64,000 bases of DNA, from the IMG/VR virus record IMGVR_UViG_3300023083_000001, positions 62,001 to 126,000 of that record; one strand, written 5' to 3'. Both the position numbers and the translations under genes were made by a program. Shown here one piece after another: positions 9,565 through 18,120 of this stretch (its first letter is position 1; every line of letters begins with the position of its first letter). The notes beneath the pieces were generated by a model. It made no database searches. It was given only the letters and a program-made list of their open reading frames with translations, and was not told the origin of the DNA.

Positions 9565-9899
9565 TAGACTACCTCGTTCCCGTTCGCTGGAAAGTCAGGC
9601 AGATCCACGGTTTGGTTTGCCAGTGGGTGCCAGCAGTCTGACAAGAACTGCAACTTACCATCCGTCAGAAAGAGATGGCAGATCTTGCTAGTACCGTCCT
9701 CTACAGTAGGTGGTAGTGTGGTCTTGATGCTAGGTGTGAAGGTAGGCTTGTCGTAGTCCTTATTAAAGCCCCACGCACACTGTGAGGGGTTATCGGGATG
9801 TTCTACTGTGACGCTGTGTTTGACTTCACAACCTGGACACCAGAACTGAATGATGTACCCGTGGAAGCTCTGCAACTTGGGAGACAGTGTAGCGTACAT
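9564..9899 (-). CDS. DUF6527-like Zn-binding protein (tandem paralog)
   Basis: WCPGC..H, PTFTPS, CH.FLTDG.LQFLSDCWH; 1-bp overlap with its paralog. Confidence 0.65.
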   Translation of the reverse strand: MYATLSPKLQSFHGYIIQFWCPGCEVKHSVTVEHPDNPSQCAWGFNKDYDKPTFTPSIKTTLPPTVEDGTSKICHLFLTDGKLQFLSDCWHPLANQTVDLPDFPANGNEVV

Positions 9900-9929
9900 G
9901 TCTGATATGTCCTTAAAGAGAGGTGTGTG

Positions 9930-10757
9930 ATGTTAGCTGTTCTAATCAAAGGTAATCCTAAATTCATAAACACCGATCAAGCTCGTAATTATTATCAGGA
10001 GATTATCAACTTCCTCCAAAACTTAGGTTTTAAAGTTGAAGTGAACGCTGGCTCTGATTACACACGCCCACGTCAAGATGCTGCTCTTTACATTGGCCAC
10101 TCTCGAGGCGCTGGCCGATATGAGTTCATGGACGAAAAGAACCAGCTTAAGTTTTTGAGGTTCGGTGATCCTGACGGAATTATCGATCCGGTTGATCGTA
10201 AGTGGCAAGCCGAGAATCCACCACCTACTAATCAACACCCACCTAAGGAACACTTCATCTTCTCGAAACAACAACAAGACGCAATATTGGATAAGGTTCG
10301 TCAGCTTGGATTGGATGTCTCCACTGAATCTGTTCTACCTAATCTAAAGGAGGATGCTGATCGCTTGGTCGCACTGGCGATGAAGGATGAGTTCCTGGGA
10401 CCCAAAGCATTGGAACGCCACATGGATAATCTTACCATGATCCAATTCAAGGGTAAGAACGTGGGGTTCATGGTGCCGTTCAAAGAAGCCGATGGACGTT
10501 ACCGGGCAGGTAGCATCTACATCGAACCTGAGTACCGTAATAAAGGTTTGGCGACTACCCACATCAGCGAATGGTTTCGCAACCGTCGGGGTCGTGCGTG
10601 GATCGAACCCAAGAATGCTGCGAGTCAGAAGATCTTCAAACAGGCAGGTTTCTACAAGACTGGGCGAACGCAAAAGGGTAAGTCTGGCCGCACTTTTGAT
10701 GAGTGGGTAAACAATGGAATGCCCGCGACTAACGGCGCTGCGGTGTGGGGTTGGTAA
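9930..10757 (+). CDS. alpha/beta-hydrolase-like domain fused to GNAT acetyltransferase
   Basis: GHSRG nucleophile-elbow motif in the N-half; GNAT motifs IYIEPEYRNKGLA and N.ASQKIFKQAGF in the C-half; ATG at 9930 follows GAGAGG. Confidence 0.7.
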   Translation: MLAVLIKGNPKFINTDQARNYYQEIINFLQNLGFKVEVNAGSDYTRPRQDAALYIGHSRGAGRYEFMDEKNQLKFLRFGDPDGIIDPVDRKWQAENPPPTNQHPPKEHFIFSKQQQDAILDKVRQLGLDVSTESVLPNLKEDADRLVALAMKDEFLGPKALERHMDNLTMIQFKGKNVGFMVPFKEADGRYRAGSIYIEPEYRNKGLATTHISEWFRNRRGRAWIEPKNAASQKIFKQAGFYKTGRTQKGKSGRTFDEWVNNGMPATNGAAVWGW

Positions 10758-10770
10758 TTGTACTGTATTA

Positions 10771-11056
10771 TATGAGAAAAGTGCGATTTGGGCGAATTGT
10801 CTCTTGACTCACATCTGACAGTTGCTGGCCTCCTGGCTGTCAGGTAACCGAAGACCGAGATATCCTCCTTGGTCTTGACACAGGTGTTTACGGGTTCACC
10901 TGTGTCTTGCGCGGGCTATGAGTGCTCAGCCGTGAGAGCGTTGTTTTGCGAGGATACGCAGCGCTCTCACGGAAGACTCCTCCTTCCCCTAGTGTGGCTC
11001 TTCATCTGGCACCAAGTAAAGCACCGGTCGGGTAACTGGCCGGTGCTTTATGCCGC
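10771..11056 (+). ncRNA. candidate structured small RNA with three anti-SD motifs
   Basis: No credible ORF; four stems (10815-10843, 10851-10876, 10877-10906, 10930-10972) plus a terminal hairpin 11017-11050; G-U pairs favour the + strand; TATG at 10771. Confidence 0.5.
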
Positions 11057-11080
11057 ATGGGGTATCTTAATCAACTTTTC

Positions 11081-11100
11081 TACAGTCATACATTGTAGAT
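11081..11100 (+). promoter_or_regulatory. putative early promoter motif
   Basis: TACAGTCATACATTGTAGAT. Confidence 0.5.
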
Positions 11101-11136
11101 GGGAATAGGTACAACTAACGACCGAGGAGGTCTGTA

Positions 11137-11457
11137 ATGATGTCGAGAGGAGGATCTCGTAGGCGAAGCTCTTTCGATGACCCTAACGAGGAGATTGAAT
11201 TTGAAACAGACTTCAATCCAGAAGAGTTCATCAACTGGCTGGAAACTGTAATCGACAACATCGTCTCTGAACTGACAAGACTACAACGTCAGAACAATGA
11301 TGACATCGTCGATGGAAGAAGTCCAAGGTTACGCGACGCGGATGAAATTACGATCCAGTTGTGCGACCTGTGTAAACTCAAACATGACGTAAAGGCCTAC
11401 ACTGCCAAGTCAGGTCTGCGTCAAGCAAGCAACTATCTTAACCGTAAACTAGGTTAA
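11137..11457 (+). CDS. hypothetical early protein
   Basis: Strong SD; 106 aa with basic N-terminus and acidic middle. Confidence 0.75.
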   Translation: MMSRGGSRRRSSFDDPNEEIEFETDFNPEEFINWLETVIDNIVSELTRLQRQNNDDIVDGRSPRLRDADEITIQLCDLCKLKHDVKAYTAKSGLRQASNYLNRKLG

Positions 11458-11479
11458 TCTTTGTCCGAGGAGGACTACC

Positions 11480-11800
11480 ATGAATGGCATTATCAAACTC
11501 GCTGTAACTGTTACCGGTGTAGCTGCAACTGGCTACGGTCTGTACCGACTGGGTATCTGGTGTAAGAAAGCTTACGACAAGGCTCTGGCTGACTTGAATC
11601 GTGAGATCAATGACGTCATCAGTAACATCGAAATTCTGTCGACCAAAGACGGTAAGACCATCAGTGCCGATCGGCAAGCTGTGATCGACTTAGCCAGAAC
11701 TGAGATGGCAGCAGACATGCCAGAGTTAAAACGTCTGGACAACATGCTGGTTCATCTGCGTAATGTGTTGCACAACATCATTCACGACATCGCCGGTTGA
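11480..11800 (+). CDS. hypothetical early protein with N-terminal hydrophobic helix
   Basis: IIKLAVTVTGVAATGYGLY; resembles 31283..31642. Confidence 0.75.
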   Translation: MNGIIKLAVTVTGVAATGYGLYRLGIWCKKAYDKALADLNREINDVISNIEILSTKDGKTISADRQAVIDLARTEMAADMPELKRLDNMLVHLRNVLHNIIHDIAG

Positions 11801-11866
11801 TACCAACCCTTGGGGTGAGGAAACTCACCTCTACTAATTCTGACTTCAAAGACCGAGGAGGTCATC

Positions 11867-12208
11867 ATGGAAATTCAAGATCAATCCGTTGTAAGCGCTA
11901 TCCACCACTTCAAGAAAGAAGACGGTCATGACGCTGAGGGTACTATCTTTCAACGTTACGAATACGACAGCACCATCACCGGTAAGAAAGAAGTCCACTG
12001 GAACATCGCTCGCAACTTGAAGCTGACTCCTGAAGACGTGTATGTGCGCGTCTACAATGAAGACGGTACGATCGACCGTTACGTCGCCATGCCTTTCATT
12101 CAGTATGCGCTGCGTGAAGACATCAAGCTCAGCACGAACATCGTTCGTGATCTGGACAAGATCAAAGCCGCCATGCAAGAGTTCGAAGATTTACGCAAGA
12201 CGGCATAA
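11867..12208 (+). CDS. hypothetical early protein
   Basis: Strong SD; followed by a terminator. Confidence 0.75.
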   Translation: MEIQDQSVVSAIHHFKKEDGHDAEGTIFQRYEYDSTITGKKEVHWNIARNLKLTPEDVYVRVYNEDGTIDRYVAMPFIQYALREDIKLSTNIVRDLDKIKAAMQEFEDLRKTA

Positions 12209-12250
12209 AACACAGGGACCTTCGGGTCCCTGTTGTACCTTCTTTTTTTG
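12203..12250. terminator. bidirectional terminator
   Basis: ACAGGGACC-ttcg-GGTCCCTGT with a + strand T-run and TTTTATGCCG on the - strand. Confidence 0.65.
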
Positions 12251-12538
12251 TTTACGGATGTATCTATATACTATGTAACGACAGTTGCCCTCGACTCAAC
12301 TACCGTTAGCTCTTTCACAATTTGCGTCTCCCTGATACTGGCTTTTGGCCTTCCTTCATAGACAACCCGCACCGCTGGTATCCAGCCCAGCATCTTAATA
12401 AGTACCCTACTGAAGGTTCGGTACGTCGTGTACGTCGTTTGTACACACAACAAGAATAACTGCCAGCCTTCGGGCTGGCTTTTATGCTGCATGTATTAGA
12501 TGTACCTCACACAGACCATTGCAGTATGGAGATTCACT

Positions 12539-13162
12539 ATGGATACAACTTTCGCTCTTATCCAGCGGTACTTCATTGAGCTTTGGCGAAAGCTGCTCAA
12601 TAAGAAAGCATTAAAGGATGAGGAAACCTATTCTACGTTCCGCCCGTTTCACCCCAATCCGATCGTGTTTGCGATTACGCATTACCCGGACGCTATGCTC
12701 CAAGAGGAAAAGGATCTCCTCAAAACCGCTTTTATTTCCAACGTCCTTAAGGTCGGTGGATTTGGTGGTGTCTATCGGGCCGTCAAGACAGCCGAAGCGA
12801 ATCCCAACGTACCTATCGAATTCTTCAGCACTCATCGTCCGTACCTGACGATCCGTGAGTTACCTCAGCGGGGCTTGGAATTGGGCTTGAACAGTATCGC
12901 TGAGAAGTACATCAAGGGTCGTACGTATGACGATTTGTCATGGCCCGCTAACTCCATCAGTGTATTGGCCTTTGAGATCGACGAGGATGCTAACCAGGTG
13001 GTGGATGCCTGGGAGATGCCTGCGGTCTACTGGAGCCGGACAGACATGGATGGACGGCACGATCCACGACTGCTGTATATCGATTTGGCAGGTAAGGTGA
13101 TCACCGGTGAAGAAGTGATGGCGAAAGCACGGTTCTTCCACGGTTCTGATCTACCCGAGTAA
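12539..13162 (+). CDS. hypothetical protein
   Basis: ATG at 12539 after GGAGA; 207 aa. Confidence 0.7.
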   Translation: MDTTFALIQRYFIELWRKLLNKKALKDEETYSTFRPFHPNPIVFAITHYPDAMLQEEKDLLKTAFISNVLKVGGFGGVYRAVKTAEANPNVPIEFFSTHRPYLTIRELPQRGLELGLNSIAEKYIKGRTYDDLSWPANSISVLAFEIDEDANQVVDAWEMPAVYWSRTDMDGRHDPRLLYIDLAGKVITGEEVMAKARFFHGSDLPE

Positions 13163-13212
13163 GTTCCCACTCCGATTGAATATGGTTTGTTCTACAAACC
13201 AGGAGAAGGAAC

Positions 13213-13476
13213 ATGCGTAAGCTCGAAGTCATTGTAAAAGGCGAAACCGGTACCGGGAAGAGTCATCTACTCGCGATCATCGAACGTGCTTTGATAGCTG
13301 AGTACGGGCCTGACATGAAGATTACCTGTTCGGAGTTAGTCTCTGAACGTAACGCCATTGGTGGCAATTTACAGTCATGGAATCGACCTGATCCCACCAA
13401 GGTGAAAATCGATCTGGTGGAAGTTAACCTTCCCTGGATTCCAGAAGTACAATCGCACGGTATCAAGGACGAGTAA
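13213..13476 (+). CDS. small P-loop-motif protein
   Basis: VIVKGETGTGKS Walker A in an 87-aa ORF; AGGAG SD. Confidence 0.65.
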   Translation: MRKLEVIVKGETGTGKSHLLAIIERALIAEYGPDMKITCSELVSERNAIGGNLQSWNRPDPTKVKIDLVEVNLPWIPEVQSHGIKDE

Positions 13477-13534
13477 GCTGTGTGATGCTATGTATTGAAC
13501 TCTCTCAATGCACTTTACCACGGGTATTCTTCAA

Positions 13535-14056
13535 ATGAAAATCAACCTCGCCTTGTCCGCTCTTGCCAACGTTTTCGCTCTGCTCAATGACGCGAACCCT
13601 GGTAAAGGCTTCAGCGAAACCAACGTTACCCTCGCCGCGCCAGAAGTCGCTGCTGGTAATGGTGGCCGCAACACGTCCGTCCTGCTGACCGCCATCGTCG
13701 ATGCCGGCTACAGCGGTACTGCTACCGCCAACTACACCCGTCAAGAACTGGTTGCCGGCGGCGCTATCGCTACTGCCAAAGACGTTGACGTGGCCATCCT
13801 GCCATCGGATACCGATGCCGTCATTCTGACCAAAGTGGCCACTGCACTGGGCTTGCTGGAATCGGAACTGACCATCGCCGATCTGATCGCGCCGACGTCT
13901 GAAAACAACCCAGGCACCGCCGACATCGTCGCCAACGTCGACAGCTACCTGTACGTCGGTACGTACTCGGTCACCCTGACCATCCCAGACGAAGATATCC
14001 CACTGTCCGAAGCACTGGCAGTGAGCGATCTGAACGGTTTCGAAGCTGAAGCCTAA
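13535..14056 (+). CDS. virion structural protein, tail/fibre adaptor family
   Basis: Shares the N(T/S).V...A.....GY.G......Y.R motif and C-terminal L....L.G(F/L) motif with 29286..29831. Confidence 0.65.
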   Translation: MKINLALSALANVFALLNDANPGKGFSETNVTLAAPEVAAGNGGRNTSVLLTAIVDAGYSGTATANYTRQELVAGGAIATAKDVDVAILPSDTDAVILTKVATALGLLESELTIADLIAPTSENNPGTADIVANVDSYLYVGTYSVTLTIPDEDIPLSEALAVSDLNGFEAEA

Positions 14057-14062
14057 GCACTG

Positions 14063-14098
14063 AGCATACAGCCCCGGCATCGGCCGGGGCTGTATGCT
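14063..14098. terminator. bidirectional palindromic terminator
   Basis: 16-bp stem AGCATACAGCCCCGGC/GCCGGGGCTGTATGCT between convergent genes. Confidence 0.7.
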
Positions 14099-14108
14099 GT
14101 CTGAGGTA

Positions 14109-14750
14109 TTACAGCGTACCCAGAACCACCGTAGTACCCGGTTGGTAATAGATACTTGTAGCAGCAACTGTCAGAGTAAATCCAGTCGCACCATTGGCAA
14201 TAGCACCATTGACAATGTCGCTCTGTTCCAACTTGAGACCGTACTTGGTGTTGATCGCAGCAAGCGTTGCCCAGATGGTAGAACCTACTGTCGCCGGTAG
14301 ACTCAACGTTTGACCTTCGAACGCTTCAGAGAGCAGGAAGCGGTGATAGTTGAACGTGTAGTCACCCTGATAACCCGAGGCACGTTTAGCACTCACCTTG
14401 ATGTAGGTGTTCAGGTAATCAGTGGTAGTCGGGTTGACCGTAGGGTTTGCGAAACTAACGGTGTCCAGTGTCAGCGATACCGATTTCTCTTTATTGATTG
14501 CTGCCAGTAACGCAACGATGCCGGACAACGCAAAGCTAGGACGTTTGACTTGGTCAGTCAGTGCGTAACCACTGATCCGTCGAATGTCGATCGGATCTTG
14601 CGAGGTGGTCAATGCGTAGCCGTTTACTTTACGAATTGTCAATGGGTCAACAACCGTCGCCAAAATGTAAGCTGTGGCTTTACGTATTTCTATCGTAGGT
14701 ACCGGCTTGGTGGCTACGTAGACATCAGCTGATCTTAAATTGGTACTCAT
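14109..14750 (-). CDS. tail adaptor-family protein with four 17-aa N-terminal repeats
   Basis: R at aa 6/23/40/57 and Y at 11/28/45/62; adaptor domain (LNT.I.V.A....GY.G..TF.Y.R). Confidence 0.7.
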   Translation of the reverse strand: MSTNLRSADVYVATKPVPTIEIRKATAYILATVVDPLTIRKVNGYALTTSQDPIDIRRISGYALTDQVKRPSFALSGIVALLAAINKEKSVSLTLDTVSFANPTVNPTTTDYLNTYIKVSAKRASGYQGDYTFNYHRFLLSEAFEGQTLSLPATVGSTIWATLAAINTKYGLKLEQSDIVNGAIANGATGFTLTVAATSIYYQPGTTVVLGTL

Positions 14751-14761
14751 GCGCCCTCCTA

Positions 14762-15838
14762 TTAAGTGGCTGGGGTGATGACAAGTTCTAAGTTGGCCAG
14801 ATCAGCCTTGGTAAATTTAGAACCGTCCAGGAGCGCCGCCAGAGAACCAACGCTTACGTTAACAGGAGTCGCACCGGCTGTCATCGCAATCGATATCGGG
14901 GATGTAGAACTACCGTTTACCGATATCGAACCACTGAGAGTCTGATCTCCCGCCGCATCTTTTGCAGAAGCCACTTTAGCATCGACACCAAGGATGGTTA
15001 CGTTACCGAGTACGCTTACATCTACCTTAAGTCTCAAAGGGGTGTTGTCCGATGGAACCCCCACTTTAGGTGCTGCCAACGATGCGGTGTCTTCTCTAGA
15101 TGTGTTCAACGCACCAACGACAGTAGAACCGCTCGGAGGACTGTATCCACTGCCAGAAGCACTCACCAGTGGTACCCGTTTAACCGTTATAGGTCCAAGT
15201 GGTTGAATAGGATCGTTCCCACCTGTCCCGTCATCAGTCAAGCAGTAGATGTCTGACCACGCTAACACGTCTGTAGGAGTTCCTGCGTTGTTCGAGACCC
15301 ACGCGGTAGATGGTGTTCCGCATTGTAAATAACCGTTCTTGAAACCGGCGCTTCGAAGAGCGGCCGGGATAGACACGTACCGTATGAACACACCATCGGC
15401 GTACGCACTGACTGTATTCGCTACGAAGTCGAATACAAGTTCGTAGTACCGATTGAATCCCGCGAAATCGGCGTCTGTGAATGGCGCCATGAGCGAGGCG
15501 GACGAGCCGCTCAGCACTGAGTTGAAACATAAGACGTAGGGTCCACCGAAGGTTGCAATCTTCTCCATTCTAATGCCGATGATGACCTTCACCGGTGTTA
15601 CGTCACCAACGAACAATTTCAAAGGCCACATCACTGGTCCAATCAACTGTGATGGGTTCGCCGCTGGTTTACCCACGATGATGCGGTCATTGACTATCCT
15701 TGGGGCTGGAACGGTAGCGGCTGTGGAAGGAGCCACTGACGGCATGTCTGAATAAGCCAACCCGTAACCGGTGAGTGGCTCGCCTACCGAAAACCCCTCG
15801 GGTAAGTTTTCAAAGCCGAATAGCTTAAGCTTTTTCAT
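14762..15838 (-). CDS. putative tail fibre/receptor-binding protein, ConA/LamG-like paralog L7
   Basis: Beta-rich; IGIR, YYEL.FD...YADG and LGP motifs; conserved C-terminal domain. Confidence 0.6.
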   Translation of the reverse strand: MKKLKLFGFENLPEGFSVGEPLTGYGLAYSDMPSVAPSTAATVPAPRIVNDRIIVGKPAANPSQLIGPVMWPLKLFVGDVTPVKVIIGIRMEKIATFGGPYVLCFNSVLSGSSASLMAPFTDADFAGFNRYYELVFDFVANTVSAYADGVFIRYVSIPAALRSAGFKNGYLQCGTPSTAWVSNNAGTPTDVLAWSDIYCLTDDGTGGNDPIQPLGPITVKRVPLVSASGSGYSPPSGSTVVGALNTSREDTASLAAPKVGVPSDNTPLRLKVDVSVLGNVTILGVDAKVASAKDAAGDQTLSGSISVNGSSTSPISIAMTAGATPVNVSVGSLAALLDGSKFTKADLANLELVITPAT

Positions 15839-15848
15839 GATGGTTCAC

Positions 15849-16952
15849 TTACCCAGTAATAAGTTTGAGTTTAGCCGCGTCCAGCTTCGCTTTGGTCCAA
15901 GCCGTGCCATCGGGAGCATTTCCAGCTACAAGAAGCGAAGTCCCGGACGCCATGACGTCACTAACTGTCAGCGAAGAAACCGCAGACTGATTAGCCCCGG
16001 ATACAACTTGAGCACTGAGATTAGCCGTGCTTCCATCTTTTCTACGGGCGGTCAGATTGTAAGCTACCGCGTTGATAGTGCCAACAAAGACAGGCGCCAC
16101 AAACCCTAAGTTAGCCGTAGGGTTTGCTGGGTCAGATGTTACGATTGGGGTTGATAAACTAGCTGCATCTGTAATAACAGTGTTCAACGCAGACACGACA
16201 TTACCTGCGGGAGTGACTACCCAGGTCGACTGATCCATACTAACCACTGGCGCCACCAATACCCGCTGAGACCCCAGCGGCCCGTTAGCCGTGCCATCGC
16301 TCGTAGTTTCACAGACGTAGATATCTTTGATCCAATAGGAGAAATCTCCCTTTACACCTGTGGACGACGGCGCCCTTCCGATGTTCAAATAACACGCTGT
16401 GCCAGCTTTTAATGCTGTCAGGGTGGTGCTGGTGATAGCAATATCTGCAATCGCAACTCCATCTACCCAACGGTGGATCACACCTGCCGCCACATCCCAC
16501 TGAGCTTCCAGATAATACTCTTGCTTAGATGTGTAGTTGGGAATACTACCTGCTGGGAACGCACAGCCAGTCGTAAGTTGTGCTGTGGTTGGGAGTGCGT
16601 ATGGCGTGATCGACAACGGCTCACTGTAGATATCGATGGCCGTAGTGGAACCTGGGGTACCATTGAGAAACCGTATTCCGATGGTGAACTTAGAAGTGGC
16701 GGTGGTGACCACTAACCCAAGATCACTTAACAGCGCGTTCAAACCGTTGGCTCTGGTCTGTGTCCCGCTGGCAACTAAATCGAAATCGCTGATACGCTTC
16801 AACCAGCCATCTTCGTATTTTGTATCGATATTAGTTCCAGCAGCAGCTGAGGAAGTAACCGATGTAAAAGGCGTTCCGCCCAACTTGACGGAGCCGTTGG
16901 TAACTGGTGGTTTGACCAAGTCCTCCCACCCTATAACTGCACGAATAGCCAT
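15849..16952 (-). CDS. putative tail fibre/RBP, ConA/LamG-like paralog L6
   Basis: MAIRAVIGWE..., YYLEAQWD...VDG, APDG.AWT..KL.AAKLKL. Confidence 0.6.
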   Translation of the reverse strand: MAIRAVIGWEDLVKPPVTNGSVKLGGTPFTSVTSSAAAGTNIDTKYEDGWLKRISDFDLVASGTQTRANGLNALLSDLGLVVTTATSKFTIGIRFLNGTPGSTTAIDIYSEPLSITPYALPTTAQLTTGCAFPAGSIPNYTSKQEYYLEAQWDVAAGVIHRWVDGVAIADIAITSTTLTALKAGTACYLNIGRAPSSTGVKGDFSYWIKDIYVCETTSDGTANGPLGSQRVLVAPVVSMDQSTWVVTPAGNVVSALNTVITDAASLSTPIVTSDPANPTANLGFVAPVFVGTINAVAYNLTARRKDGSTANLSAQVVSGANQSAVSSLTVSDVMASGTSLLVAGNAPDGTAWTKAKLDAAKLKLITG

Positions 16953-17002
16953 GCTTTCTCTCCCATTTGTTTATACAGTGTTGGTCGTCCATGACCGGCG
17001 GG

Positions 17003-18109
17003 TTATCCAGCGATGAGTTTGAGTTTGGCAGCTTGGATGCTGGCTCGAGTCCAGCGCGCGCCCGATGGAGACTTCTCACCTTGATACAACTTGAAACTCG
17101 GTGTAATTACAGAGAGTAAATTGTTAACCACTTGACTGGATTGATCAGTCCCTGTAATAACCTGAGAAGTCAATACGCCGGGCGAACCCCCAGCTTTCTT
17201 ACCCGTAGCGTTCAGAACAATACCGTTAATCTGACCGGCTGTGGAAGACATCGTCAGACCCAGGTTAGCAGTGACGTTATTTGGATCAGTCATAACTACT
17301 GGGGTCAATAAGGAAGCTTCATCCGTAATCGCGGTATTCAACGCTGCTACAGGATCGCCTGACGGTGTGGGTAACCATGACGCTTGATCTAAGGTGGTCA
17401 CGTTGATTGGAACAATACGCTGAGGCCCAAGGAAAGTATCGGCAGATCCATCATCGGTCTTCTCAATGACGTACATGTCCTTGAACCAGAAATCGTACGC
17501 GACAGTTGCGCCGCTGGTAGGTGTGTAACCCACCCCACCAGCAAAGAAAGCGGTGTTGCTGGTGAGTAAATTCTTTACCAACGTAACCATTGACAAATCA
17601 GCGATCGGTAAACCATCTACGCGTCTACGAATGACACCTGCTGTAACGTCAAATTGAGCTTCTAGATAATTCTCGATACCAGGTTTCCAGTTCGGAATGC
17701 TTCCGAATGGAAAAACAGCGCCGGCGGTGACGTTTGCACCAGCGCCACCCGTCGACAAGTCGGCAGTAAGGGAAATGGGTTGCGGCCACATGGAAGACAC
17801 CGTCACGTCCTGAGGTATCAGCCAACGGATACCAATTGTAATCACTGAGGCTGCCGATGTCACTAAGCCTAAGGCTGTCAGCGGGGCGGAGATGAAGTTC
17901 CGTTTACCTGATGTGTTGTTAGCAGTCGCTGGGTTGGTGATTGTTTTAACCCAGCCAGCTTCTTTTAGAAATGAAACACCTGCTCCTGCGGCGGTGCCGA
18001 AGTTAAAACTCATCGGCAGACCAGCGAAAGCGTACTTGGTCGCAGCGCCGTACATCTCACCAGTACGAAGCGCAAGTTCATCAAACCCTAGAATGGCACG
18101 AATAGCCAT
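17003..18109 (-). CDS. putative tail fibre/RBP, ConA/LamG-like paralog L5
   Basis: Start moved to MAIRAILGFD (18109) after a GGAG SD. Confidence 0.6.
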   Translation of the reverse strand: MAIRAILGFDELALRTGEMYGAATKYAFAGLPMSFNFGTAAGAGVSFLKEAGWVKTITNPATANNTSGKRNFISAPLTALGLVTSAASVITIGIRWLIPQDVTVSSMWPQPISLTADLSTGGAGANVTAGAVFPFGSIPNWKPGIENYLEAQFDVTAGVIRRRVDGLPIADLSMVTLVKNLLTSNTAFFAGGVGYTPTSGATVAYDFWFKDMYVIEKTDDGSADTFLGPQRIVPINVTTLDQASWLPTPSGDPVAALNTAITDEASLLTPVVMTDPNNVTANLGLTMSSTAGQINGIVLNATGKKAGGSPGVLTSQVITGTDQSSQVVNNLLSVITPSFKLYQGEKSPSGARWTRASIQAAKLKLIAG

Positions 18110-18120
18110 GGAACACTCCT

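Larger units (their letters stand above)
11120..11863 (+). promoter_or_regulatory. SD-loop hairpins, cluster 2 (11120-11132, 11463-11475, 11851-11863)
   Basis: GACC-GAGGA-GGTC twice and GTCC-GAGGA-GGAC once. Confidence 0.65.

Noticed and set aside
10771-11056. tRNA, tmRNA or RNase P identity for the structured region
   Set aside because: No cloverleaf, T-loop GTTCRA/CCA end or tmRNA/RNase P consensus visible by eye; an Infernal/Rfam search is needed to exclude them fully.
10869-11108. 79-aa + strand ORF in the candidate sRNA
   Set aside because: TTG start buried in a stem, no SD, and it runs through a terminator and the promoter motif.
12509-12525. CACAGACCATTGC as another early promoter
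   Set aside because: Lacks the TACATT core; similarity too weak.
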